Below, piece by piece: positions 15,219 to 23,732 of a stretch of DNA of 24,000 bases (position 1 is its first letter; each line of letters begins with the position of its first letter). This stretch comes from an uncultured Photobacterium sp. (GTDB taxonomy: Bacteria; Pseudomonadota; Gammaproteobacteria; Enterobacterales; Vibrionaceae): the NCBI GenBank assembly GCA_947039005.1, contig CAMQXY010000013.1, positions 21,003-45,002 on the forward strand. Direction: 5' to 3'. The translations under genes and the position numbers were made by a program. Below the pieces are notes generated by a model, which had not been told where the DNA came from, searched no databases, and saw only the letters and a list, made by a program, of their open reading frames with translations.

Positions 15219-15815
15219 ATGCGCGCTTTCGTATTACGAGCTCGTTCTGCTCCAACAGATAGTAAGATGTTGTTAGCTTCAGTTGGACAAGATGCTCACA
15301 CTGAGATTTTGGCTCACGTTTTAATGAATGCTATTTTTGTAGCGCAATCACATCGTGAAGATATTATGGTGCATTTAGTTCTTGAAAGTACTCAAGACTT
15401 CTCTCGCACTATTAGTTTTAATTCAAATGAGATCACTAATTTATCAGGCTTTCATGAGCAAGCTTGGTTGGATAAAATAGCGCATGCGTTAGATAAATCC
15501 ATTGGTATGAATAAAGAGCAATTGCGCAATGTTGAGCCTGGTATTTGTGTTCGTACGATTAGCTTTGAAAAGTTAGTCGGTGAGCTAGCAGAAGATTACC
15601 AATTATATATGCTCGATAAAAAAGGTGACTTTATTCGAGATATCGAGCTAGCTGCAAATCCCTGTTTTTTACTGACTGATCATATGCCGATGCCAAAGAA
15701 AAGTTTTAATAGTTTAAAACGTTTAGGCGCAGAAAAAATCAGTTTAGGGCCTAAGATGTTATTTGCATCTCAATGTATTGTACTGATACATAATGAGTTA
15801 GATTTAACGCTGTAA
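15219..15815 (+). CDS. TrmY-like SPOUT methyltransferase (DUF358; homologue of archaeal tRNA pseudouridine-54 N1-methyltransferase)
   Basis: MRAFVLRARSAPTD..., GICVRTISFEKLV, FLLTDHMPMPKK and ISLGPKMLFASQCIVLIHNELD are collinear with M. jannaschii TrmY as I recall it ([57 protein letters not shown]). AGGA RBS at 15207-15210 is 8 nt before ATG 15219. Confidence 0.8.
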   Translation: MRAFVLRARSAPTDSKMLLASVGQDAHTEILAHVLMNAIFVAQSHREDIMVHLVLESTQDFSRTISFNSNEITNLSGFHEQAWLDKIAHALDKSIGMNKEQLRNVEPGICVRTISFEKLVGELAEDYQLYMLDKKGDFIRDIELAANPCFLLTDHMPMPKKSFNSLKRLGAEKISLGPKMLFASQCIVLIHNELDLTL

Positions 15816-15851
15816 TTGTTTGGTATTTGTTGGTTTTTAACCAGTAAATAA

Positions 15852-15905
15852 AAAGCCGTTAGGTGACCGTTGATATTTTAGCGGCTTACTTAACGGCTTT
15901 TTTAT
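15852..15905 (+). terminator. Rho-independent terminator of the trmY-like gene
   Basis: AAAGCCGTTA ... TAACGGCTTT forms a 10-bp stem (an alternative inner AGCCG/CGGCT pairing exists), followed by TTTTT. Confidence 0.65.
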
Positions 15906-16209
15906 TATCTAAATACAATTGAATAGTTATGCTTTGATTTAGAATAAAATGATTTTTTATGTAATATTTATGGCAAGAATGTAACTAAAAGTGTAAAGTA
16001 TATCTATATGGTATATAATAGAGCGTCATTTTTTATATCTGATAAAGTCCGTTTTATTTGTGTGAAAATTAAGATATTAAATATGGAGTAAGATTAAGCT
16101 TGAGCTTGTGGGTGTTCAGTGTATTTTCAGTATTAGATACCAACGGTATTGCGAATTAAATAACAATTATTACCGTTAGCCTTTATGGCCCCTTTACCTA
16201 GGAAACAAT

Positions 16210-17670
16210 ATGCAATTATCCTCTCAGCCTAAAGGGCTTTTTCACCTCATTGCTATTCAGATGTGGGAATTCTTTAGTTATTACGGCATGCGGTCGTTAT
16301 TAATTCTCTTTTTGACTCAAAAACTTTTAATGTCTGACGATCATGCGTATGCCCTTTATGGTGCTTATACGTCGCTTGTTTATGTTACCCCGATTTTAGG
16401 TGGGTACTTAGCTGACCGTTATTTAGGTAACTATTGGTCGGTGATCATTGGTGGCTTATTAATGGTTGCTGGGCATGCTGTACTGAGTATTCCGAGTCAT
16501 GACAATACGGTGCTTTATGCTGCATTGGCATTGATTATTTGTGGTTATGGTTTTTTTAAAACTAACTCAAGCTGTTTATTGGGTGAGTTATATAAAGACC
16601 ATGAAGATGCACGTGAATCTGGATTTTCGATTTCCTACATTGGTGGTAATGTTGGTTCAGCCTTAGCACCTATCTTCTGTGGTTATGCCGCGAGTCGTTG
16701 GGGTTGGAATGTCGGTTTTGCCCTAGCGGGTATCGGTATGCTTATTGGTTTGATTATCTTTAGTACGGGTCGTAAGCACTTTGCGCATGTTCAAAAAGTT
16801 AATATCCCAGCATTACGTCAAAAAACGGCAGGTTTTCGTCACTGGCAACTGATTATTCTTGGCGTGATTGTATGTGCCATTGGTTTAGTTTTCGTATTAC
16901 AAAACTTGTTAGCGGGCTATATTCTTGCGGTTATTTTGGCATTCTCAGCCTTACAAATGCTACGTTTATACCGTAAAAGTAATATGGAAGATCGTAAGAA
17001 ACTGAATGCGATCATCTACTTTATGTTATTTGGTATGGTGTTTTGGGCGTTTGATCAGCAAGGTGGTAGTTCTATCAGCTTGTTCATTGAGCGTAATATT
17101 GATACTGATATCTTTGGTTACCATATCCCAACGGCATTTTTTCAATCAGTGAATCCTATCGCGGTTATCGTGGGTGGTGGTGCTGTTGCATGGTTATGGA
17201 AAGTATTGGCGTCACGTCAAATTTCAGTACGTACCTTAACAAAGCTTAATATGGGTTTGTTCTTGCTAACGGCAGGTTTTAGCTTAATTACTTTATCGTC
17301 TAAATTAGCGATGGTGAGCGGGCATACAACATTCTTATGGCTGTTCCTTGGTTTGTTCTTAATTGGTATTGCTGAGCTGTTTATTGACCCAGTAGCATTG
17401 TCTGCTATTACTCGTATGAATCCACAAGGTGCAACGGGTACGGTGGCAGGTATTTATATGTTAATGGGTGGTTCGGTTGCTAACTATTTAGCGGCGAATA
17501 TTGCAGAGCTAACCTCTACCGGTACGCAAGCAACCAATACTGCGGATTTGATTGCATCTGCCGCTCAGTATCACCATGTATTCCAATCAATCTTTATTGT
17601 AACAGTGGTAGTCTTTATTCTGGGTTTATTAGTGAATTTCAAAACCCGTAATGATCCTGAATACGATTAA
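16210..17670 (+). CDS. Proton-dependent oligopeptide transporter (POT/PTR2), DtpC/DtpD (YjdL/YbgH) subfamily dipeptide permease
   Basis: [62 protein letters not shown] and [15 protein letters not shown] closely parallel E. coli DtpC/DtpD ([60 protein letters not shown]). AGGAAA RBS. Confidence 0.9.
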   Translation: [486 protein letters not shown]

Positions 17671-17688
17671 GTTTCGGCGTTAGAAAAA

Positions 17689-17734
17689 GTCGGCAATACA
17701 CGCTATTTAAGCTTGTATTGCCGGCTTTTTTTTT
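17689..17734 (+). terminator. Rho-independent terminator of the POT gene
   Basis: GTCGGCAATACA ... TGTATTGCCGGC forms an 11-12 bp stem, followed by T9. Confidence 0.85.
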
Positions 17735-17840
17735 GGCTGTATATCAGGATTTTGTGTCAAGCAAGGATAATATCTTTTGTGATAACATCAACGATAGTTA
17801 TCAATAATTACGATGATAGATGAAACTAAAGAGTCGTTAA

Positions 17841-19160
17841 ATGAGTGATAAAAAGAAGTATGCAAAAGTACCAAGTGGTCGATTGTCACGTTTGGCGAAA
17901 TTAGGATCATTAGTCACCCGTGTTGCATCTGGCATGGTGGCTGAAGGGGCTAAACAATTAGCGACAGGGCATCGGCCTCATGTCAGTGAATTGATGTTAA
18001 CGCCTGCTAACGTTAAGCGAGTGGCAGATCAACTTGCTGATTTACGCGGTGCAGCGATGAAAGTTGGGCAATTATTGTCAATGGATGGTGGTGATTTATT
18101 ACCGCCAGAATTAACCGAATTGTTGTCTCGATTGCAAGCAAATGCGAAACCAATGCCCATAAGTCAACTTAACTCTTCTCTTGAACAGCAATGGGGATGT
18201 GATTGGCAGCAGCAATTTAGTCAGTTTTCATTTTACCCCATTGCGGCGGCATCTATCGGCCAAGTGCATAAAGCGACAACTGTAGATGGGCGGCAATTAG
18301 CACTAAAAATTCAATACCCAGAGATAAATGAAAGTATTGATAGTGATGTTAATAATGTCGCGACATTATTGAAGATTAGTGGCTTAGTTCCAAAACAAGT
18401 GGATGTTTCTGGTTTATTGGATGAGGCTAAAAAGCAATTACATGCGGAAACAGATTATTTACTTGAAGCTCAATATGTAAAGCAATACCGTCACTTGTTA
18501 GCCGCAGACATAAATTATTTATTACCCGATATTGCGGATGATCTAACGACGAAACATATTCTTGCGATGACGTTTGTTGGTGGAATGGACGTCGATGAAT
18601 TGGTTCATCAATCGCAATCTATACGCGATCATGTTATCGAGTTGGCATTTAGCTTAATGTTTCGGGAAGTGTTTGAGTTTAGATTGGTACAAACTGATCC
18701 GAACTTTGCTAATTATCGTTATGATATTAATACTAAACAATTAGTGTTACTTGATTTCGGTGCAACACGGGTTTACCCACAATATATTGCTGAAGGCTAT
18801 CGTCAGTTAATGACGGGGGCTGTGATTGATGATCAACCACGAATGTTAGCCGCCTTAAAACACATTGGTTTTTTCTCTCAGCCAATTGAACCTCAAGCCC
18901 AACAAGCATTATTGGCGTTGTGTTTACAAGCCTGTGAGCCGTTGAAATATCAAGGTCTATATGATTTTGGAGAGTCAGGGATGGTACATCGAATTCGTGA
19001 TGCTGGCAGTCAATTAAGTATGAAACGAGGTTATTGGCATACACCACCGGCAGACGCGATATTTTTGCACCGTAAATTAGGCGGACTTTATTTATTAGCA
19101 GCCAAACTTAAAGCTCGTGTGAATGTTAATAAAATATTTTTATCCTATATGACTGAATAA
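17841..19160 (+). CDS. ABC1/UbiB (AarF) family atypical protein kinase-like protein, soluble short form
   Basis: KxGQ motif (AMKVGQLLS), Ala-rich loop (PIAAASIGQVHKA), catalytic Lys context (LALKIQYP), a QTDPNFANY catalytic-loop variant, and DFG (LLDFGATR). No C-terminal TM helices are visible. Confidence 0.8.
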   Translation: MSDKKKYAKVPSGRLSRLAKLGSLVTRVASGMVAEGAKQLATGHRPHVSELMLTPANVKRVADQLADLRGAAMKVGQLLSMDGGDLLPPELTELLSRLQANAKPMPISQLNSSLEQQWGCDWQQQFSQFSFYPIAAASIGQVHKATTVDGRQLALKIQYPEINESIDSDVNNVATLLKISGLVPKQVDVSGLLDEAKKQLHAETDYLLEAQYVKQYRHLLAADINYLLPDIADDLTTKHILAMTFVGGMDVDELVHQSQSIRDHVIELAFSLMFREVFEFRLVQTDPNFANYRYDINTKQLVLLDFGATRVYPQYIAEGYRQLMTGAVIDDQPRMLAALKHIGFFSQPIEPQAQQALLALCLQACEPLKYQGLYDFGESGMVHRIRDAGSQLSMKRGYWHTPPADAIFLHRKLGGLYLLAAKLKARVNVNKIFLSYMTE

Positions 19161-19315
19161 TTATATGAAGCAGGTAATTTAATGTGAGTCAAGAGGCTCA
19201 TATTTAGAATATCAGTTATTATTTTGACTAATTTATACTTTACTCAACAATGAGTATACTAATCACCTCTTAAAACAATTTGTATGACAAATGCCCACTA
19301 AAAAGTAAACGCGTT

Positions 19316-20305
19316 ATGACTGGTAAACACATCTCTTATGCAGTACAAAATATTGAAGGACTTTCCTTTGATACAACAGATATATCAAAAATAGCTTTAG
19401 TTACTGAAGGCGGAGGTCAGCGTGGTATTTTTACTGCTGGCGTGCTTGATGCCTTTTTAGAAGCAGAGTTTAATCCATTTTCTCTGATGGTGGGCACATC
19501 AGCAGGATCGCTCAATTTAGCATCTTATATTTGTGGTCAATATAAACACGCATATAAAGTTATTACTCAAGCAACGACAGATCATCACTTTTTTGATGTG
19601 TATCGGTTTATTTTTGGTCGAGAGGGATTGGATTTAGATTGGTTGATGAAACAAACGCAAACCAGTTTTGAACTTGATTGGCATCAAGGGCGCGAAAATA
19701 TGCGTTCCCGAACAGTATTAGCTTCTGCCAGTGGCGTTACCAGTCATCAGGCGGCGTATTTTAACTTAAACAGTGAAAATTGGTCATTAGCATTAAAAGC
19801 ATCATGTGCTGTGCCGGTATTAAATAAACAACCTATTTTTTCTCAAAATGAATTCTGGGTTGATGGCGGGTTATGTGCGCCTATTCCAGTACAAGAAGCT
19901 TATGAGAGAGGGTATCGTCATATTGTTGTTATTCGAACTGTACCGATAGATACCTCATTTGATCATTGCTGGATGACTAATATTAGTCGTGCTTTAGGTA
20001 ATTCTAAAGCGGCTGGTATGATAGAGATGTTGTTAGAGCATGAAGATAATTACCGTAAAACTCAAGAATTTTTAAGTAATCCTCCTGATGATGTGACGAT
20101 TTTTGAAATTCATCCTCAAAAACCGTTAAAATCAAAAATGATTGGTAGTGATTTAGCTGCTTTGGATATGGATTATCACTTAGGTTATCAATCGGGTAAA
20201 TATTTTCTCAATACCGTTGGCCGTCATATTAATATTCAAGATGCGCCTTATAAAACGGATTATAAGCATGACATTGAAAATGATGATTTAATGAAATATG
20301 CCTAA
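19316..20305 (+). CDS. yjjU: Patatin-like phospholipase, YjjU type
   Basis: IALVTEGGGQRGIFTAGVLDAFLEAEFNPF (oxyanion GGGxRG), GTSAGS (nucleophile GxSxG), VDGGL (Asp of the dyad) and VVIRTVP parallel E. coli YjjU (IALVCEGGGQRGIFTAGVLDEFMRAQFNPF, GTSAGA, LDGGI, VVIRTVP). Start moved to the first ATG, 19316; the track used TTG 19280. Confidence 0.85.
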   Translation: MTGKHISYAVQNIEGLSFDTTDISKIALVTEGGGQRGIFTAGVLDAFLEAEFNPFSLMVGTSAGSLNLASYICGQYKHAYKVITQATTDHHFFDVYRFIFGREGLDLDWLMKQTQTSFELDWHQGRENMRSRTVLASASGVTSHQAAYFNLNSENWSLALKASCAVPVLNKQPIFSQNEFWVDGGLCAPIPVQEAYERGYRHIVVIRTVPIDTSFDHCWMTNISRALGNSKAAGMIEMLLEHEDNYRKTQEFLSNPPDDVTIFEIHPQKPLKSKMIGSDLAALDMDYHLGYQSGKYFLNTVGRHINIQDAPYKTDYKHDIENDDLMKYA

Positions 20306-20376
20306 TTTTATTACTCAAATAATATCACTGTAAACGTGGAAATATTTGGGAGCCTTTACTAAGAAGTTGATAATCA

Positions 20377-21354
20377 ATGAACCTGAAAAATGTGGAATTC
20401 TCAACCAAGGAGTCGGTATTTACACAGTTGATGGAAAATGACGTTCATAGTATGTGGTTGCAACGTAAACAAAATGCATTTAGTGGTAAAGATGGGGTGC
20501 AGATCCAATGGATAAGTGTCACTAATCCTGTTAATACTCGCTGTATTGTAATTGTAAATGGTCGCAATGAAAGCTTTTGGAAATATCAGGAGATTTTTTT
20601 TGAGTTTTCGCGCCAAGGTTATGATGTCTATGCTTATGATCATCGAGGTCAAGGTGCCTCTGGTCGATTAACTGCTGATCCTGAGCTGGGTCATGTGAAT
20701 AGTTTTGATGACTATGTTGATGATTTACAAGAGTTTGTGACTAAAGTTGTAGAAAAAGAAAAAGACTATCAGCACCGTTTCTTATTGGCGCATTCTATGG
20801 GGGGGGCCATTACCACCCTGTATCTTGAAAAATATAAGAGTCACTTTGATGCCGTGGTATTGAATGCACCGATGTTTGGGATTCATATGCCAGTGCCTTT
20901 AAAATTAGTCGCGTCATCTATTGCCAAGCTTATGGAACATTATCAACATGAGCCTTCGTATGTTTTAGGGCAGAAGCCTTACCATGAAGAGCCATTTGAA
21001 GATAATGCATTATGCCAAAGTAAATTACGTTATGTTTGGGCTAAACATTTATATCAAATTCATCCAGAGTTACGTATTGGCGGGCCAAGCCCACGTTGGT
21101 TATGGCAAGCGATCGAGGCCGCTGATCATTGTATTCGTGATGTTGAAAAAATAAATATTCCAGTATTATTACTGCAAGCGGGCAGTGATACCATTGTTGA
21201 TAATAATAGCCATCATCGATTCTGTGGTCAGAATAAGCACTGTAATCTGAAAGTTATCCGTAATGCGCGCCATGAAATTTTGATGGAAAAAGACGTTATT
21301 CGCAATCAAGCATTATGTGAAACGTTAGCTTTTTTTAATCAATTTATAGTCTAA
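20377..21354 (+). CDS. pldB: Lysophospholipase L2 (alpha/beta hydrolase, PldB-like)
   Basis: 325 aa. HRGQGASGR after the first strand block, the nucleophile elbow LLAHSMGG, late SDTIVD and ARHEI (Asp and His of the triad), and a PldB-like length and layout. Confidence 0.75.
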   Translation: MNLKNVEFSTKESVFTQLMENDVHSMWLQRKQNAFSGKDGVQIQWISVTNPVNTRCIVIVNGRNESFWKYQEIFFEFSRQGYDVYAYDHRGQGASGRLTADPELGHVNSFDDYVDDLQEFVTKVVEKEKDYQHRFLLAHSMGGAITTLYLEKYKSHFDAVVLNAPMFGIHMPVPLKLVASSIAKLMEHYQHEPSYVLGQKPYHEEPFEDNALCQSKLRYVWAKHLYQIHPELRIGGPSPRWLWQAIEAADHCIRDVEKINIPVLLLQAGSDTIVDNNSHHRFCGQNKHCNLKVIRNARHEILMEKDVIRNQALCETLAFFNQFIV

Positions 21355-21390
21355 ATCGATTAAAAAACAGAGAAAGCACAAATTAACGCT

Positions 21391-21438
21391 AAAGAAAGAG
21401 GCTGTATTTAATCATTAAATACAGCCTCTTTTGTTTTT
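21391..21438. terminator. Bidirectional Rho-independent terminator between convergent pldB and the lipoprotein gene
   Basis: AAGAGGCTGTATTTAAT c ATTAAATACAGCCTCTT has 17-nt exact inverted arms, flanked by an A-rich run upstream and TTGTTTTT downstream. Confidence 0.85.
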
Positions 21439-21471
21439 AAATAAAACCAGGTAATTGATAAATAATCTAAG

Positions 21472-22323
21472 TTATTGGCAGATAAACCAAGATTTAGCAT
21501 CCGCTTCAATAATGGCTTTTTTGTGCCATGGTAGTGGTGTTGAGATTGGTGCGATACGTACATCCCCTTTGATCTTATGTGTTACTAACACACGTACACG
21601 ACCATCCTTAACACTTTCAATCGTGCCTTTGTAGGTTACGCCATAAGCCTCATCTTTCGCTTTTTTATACATACACACAGTCTCACCGACATGTGTAGCA
21701 ATAAACGTTGTCTCTTCAGTCCATGCTTCTTCTGTTGGAGGAGGGGTTGCATCATCAAGACTCTCAATGGCTTTCGTGCTCATTAAAGTACGATGCACGG
21801 AATAAGGTTGATACCCTAATAACGCAGCACCATCAATCCATGCAGATTGGGGAATGTCTCGATTTTCAATGATACGCATGGTGACAAAAGGACCGTTGGC
21901 GCAAATATCAGCCCACAGATCAATCGAAGAGATACGAGCGGCAAAGAGGGGGGTTTCTTGCTCAGTATTAGGATGTTGTACACACCACGTACCCGTGTCT
22001 AAATTAACCATTGAACCTTTATTGAGATTACAGGTTTCTGTGGCTAACTGGTTAAATTGCACGATGTCTTGTTGTGCTTGTTGCGCACTATTAGAACAAT
22101 AACGGTAGCTATAAGAAAAAGTTTCTTTAGGATAAAACATCCCTTTATCAACGACAACGCCACTTTTTCGCGTGCTATCAGCTGCGATAAATTTATTGGC
22201 AGCCGTTTTAAAGCTGTAATCAGGTGCTGGTTTTGGTGCAGGTGGCGGTGGTGGTGAACTACAGCCCGTAAGCACAGCGATAATTGCAGCGAGTGATACG
22301 CGAGTAAAAAGGGTGTTGTGCAT
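21472..22323 (-). CDS. Lipoprotein of unknown function (poly-Pro linker, six additional Cys)
   Basis: Start moved to ATG 22323 (GGGGGAAAGA immediately upstream). MHNTLFTRVSLAAIIAVLTGC carries a lipobox, followed by SSPPPPPAPKPAPD. I recognise no family motif. The track's 33-codon N-terminal extension has no support. Confidence 0.7.
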   Translation of the reverse strand: MHNTLFTRVSLAAIIAVLTGCSSPPPPPAPKPAPDYSFKTAANKFIAADSTRKSGVVVDKGMFYPKETFSYSYRYCSNSAQQAQQDIVQFNQLATETCNLNKGSMVNLDTGTWCVQHPNTEQETPLFAARISSIDLWADICANGPFVTMRIIENRDIPQSAWIDGAALLGYQPYSVHRTLMSTKAIESLDDATPPPTEEAWTEETTFIATHVGETVCMYKKAKDEAYGVTYKGTIESVKDGRVRVLVTHKIKGDVRIAPISTPLPWHKKAIIEADAKSWFICQ

Positions 22324-22535
22324 TCTTTCCCCCAGAGAAAATGATTTTATATACCAGATAAAACGGCAGTAATAATAAATAAGTCTATAGGGGACAACAG
22401 AAATTGTTAGGAAGCAAGCCATTATTCAGTTAAATAAAAGGAGTATTAATAGATTCAATGAGTTAGTAGTAACTAAGATTTACTTATATTTATTGATAGT
22501 AACTTATTGAGATAGTTATCAGCGCTATAATGCAA

Positions 22536-22568
22536 TCAGCCCATTGACGATGAACGGCAATGGGCTGA
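22536..22568 (-). terminator. Stem-loop downstream of the Dyp peroxidase gene (probable terminator, weak U-tract)
   Basis: TCAGCCCATTG-N11-CAATGGGCTGA forms an 11-bp perfect stem, 26 nt past the stop on the minus strand. It is followed there by UUGCAUUAU. Confidence 0.5.
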
Positions 22569-22593
22569 AAATTTTACTGATTATCAACTAAGA

Positions 22594-23532
22594 TTAATCA
22601 GCAAAAGTATCAAGTAGTGTTTGTGAAACGATAAAGTAGTTCGTCCCTGTTTTCGCTTCTACAAAATCAAGTAAGCGGTCGTAATGACCATTATCATCAG
22701 CGAAGATCATTTGTTGTAATGACGTACTCATGATGACAGGAGAAGCGGTTAAACCGATGAACATAGTGCCATGTTCCATCGCGTTACCAAATGGACGGTT
22801 CTGACGTAGCATCTTGATTTCTTTATCATCAATGATCACTTTACTCTTGTTGTTGTGCGCCCAAACTGGCTTCACATCATCATCAAGTTCAATATCATCA
22901 AGTTTAGTACGACCAATCACTTGCTCTTGGTATTCTGTTGATTGCTTATCCCATAAACCTTGACGGTCAATGTAACGTTGAACGGTTAAGTAGCTACCAC
23001 CTTGGTGAATATCAAGATCATCAACTACTAATACAGCATTCATACGTGCTGCATTTTTAGGGTTTTCTGTGCCATCAACAAAATCAATCATGTCGCGACT
23101 ATCAAGGTATTTAAAGCCTTGGATATCTTCAATCAATGTTGCGATACCAGTAAATGTCTGTGCAAGATATTTAGCAGCTTGGTAGTTTAAATCCATTCGT
23201 TCAGATTTAATCATGATGAACACATCACCAGGGGTGCTTGGAAATTGGCGTTCGCCATCAATCATTGCTTCAAAATCTTGTAGCAAAGCAGGTACAGGTG
23301 TTGTTGGGAAAGCCGTTGCCCAACCATGATGAGACACACCAATAGTAAAGCTAAGATCTGCAGTTGAATCTTTTTGTCCGATAGATTTTTCAATGATCTG
23401 AATTTTAGCAAAAGCATCGCTAACGGCTTCTGCATTAACATCTGCTTTAAAAACAAAAGTGAGATATTCAGCAAACGTATTTGGATTTGATAAAGCACCA
23501 GGTTGGGCACGTTCAGATAACATTGGATTCAT
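22594..23532 (-). CDS. yfeX: Dyp-type (dye-decolorizing) haem peroxidase, YfeX-like cytoplasmic class
   Basis: RDMIDFVDGTENP, GGSYLTVQRY, VIGRTK, MLRQNRPFG and NYFIVS parallel E. coli YfeX (RDLSGFVDGTENP, GGSYVFVQRW, VIGRTK, IVRQSLPYG, YYFAPS). No signal peptide. Confidence 0.85.
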   Translation of the reverse strand: MNPMLSERAQPGALSNPNTFAEYLTFVFKADVNAEAVSDAFAKIQIIEKSIGQKDSTADLSFTIGVSHHGWATAFPTTPVPALLQDFEAMIDGERQFPSTPGDVFIMIKSERMDLNYQAAKYLAQTFTGIATLIEDIQGFKYLDSRDMIDFVDGTENPKNAARMNAVLVVDDLDIHQGGSYLTVQRYIDRQGLWDKQSTEYQEQVIGRTKLDDIELDDDVKPVWAHNNKSKVIIDDKEIKMLRQNRPFGNAMEHGTMFIGLTASPVIMSTSLQQMIFADDNGHYDRLLDFVEAKTGTNYFIVSQTLLDTFAD

Positions 23533-23687
23533 AATAGTAGACCTTAATTAAAGCTATCTTGTTACGTTACGCTTTTTAGATAGCGGGCTATAGGTAAATT
23601 TTTGTAATGTAAATTTTCACATTTTAGACTGTAAAATGATACCTAATCTGTTGTTAATAGTGAAACGACGAAGCACACAAATTGTTT

Positions 23688-23732
23688 ATATCGTTAATAA
23701 TTTTTACTTCTAACGATATTAACGTGACGTTA
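23688..23732. promoter_or_regulatory. Cluster of TAACG/CGTTA half-sites: 9-bp inverted repeat ATATCGTTA-N14-TAACGATAT immediately followed by the palindrome TAACGT-g-ACGTTA
   Basis: Arms at 23688-23696 and 23711-23719 are exact reverse complements. A second palindrome lies at 23720-23732. The cluster sits in the 470-bp non-coding stretch upstream of the Dyp gene. Confidence 0.3.

Noticed and set aside
16210-17670. Degenerate ExxERFxYY motif ([10 protein letters not shown]) in the POT transporter as a sign of novelty
   Set aside because: The same deviation ([11 protein letters not shown]) is characteristic of the known E. coli DtpC/DtpD subfamily, which this protein matches along its length.
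19316-20305. Patatin-like phospholipase as an anti-phage defence effector (CBASS or similar)
   Set aside because: The sequence is collinear with housekeeping E. coli YjjU. There is no adjacent cyclase, sensor, NTPase or other defence-type partner, and the neighbours are lipid-metabolism genes.
1426-23510. Antisense or shadow ORFs from the track lying inside longer, well-supported genes: 1426-1812, 2666-2908, 3546-3854, 4522-5115, 6306-6491, 7015-7200, 8713-8910, 9904-10137, 11083-11304, 11880-12089, 12402-12623, 18733-19047, 20401-20652, 21854-22102, 22057-22257, 23262-23510
   Set aside because: Each is fully embedded in the opposite strand or another frame of a gene with clear family motifs. 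They show low-complexity or odd composition and have no RBS. For example, the 197-aa ORF at 4522-5115 is just the complement of the Ala/Asp/Ser repeat gene.
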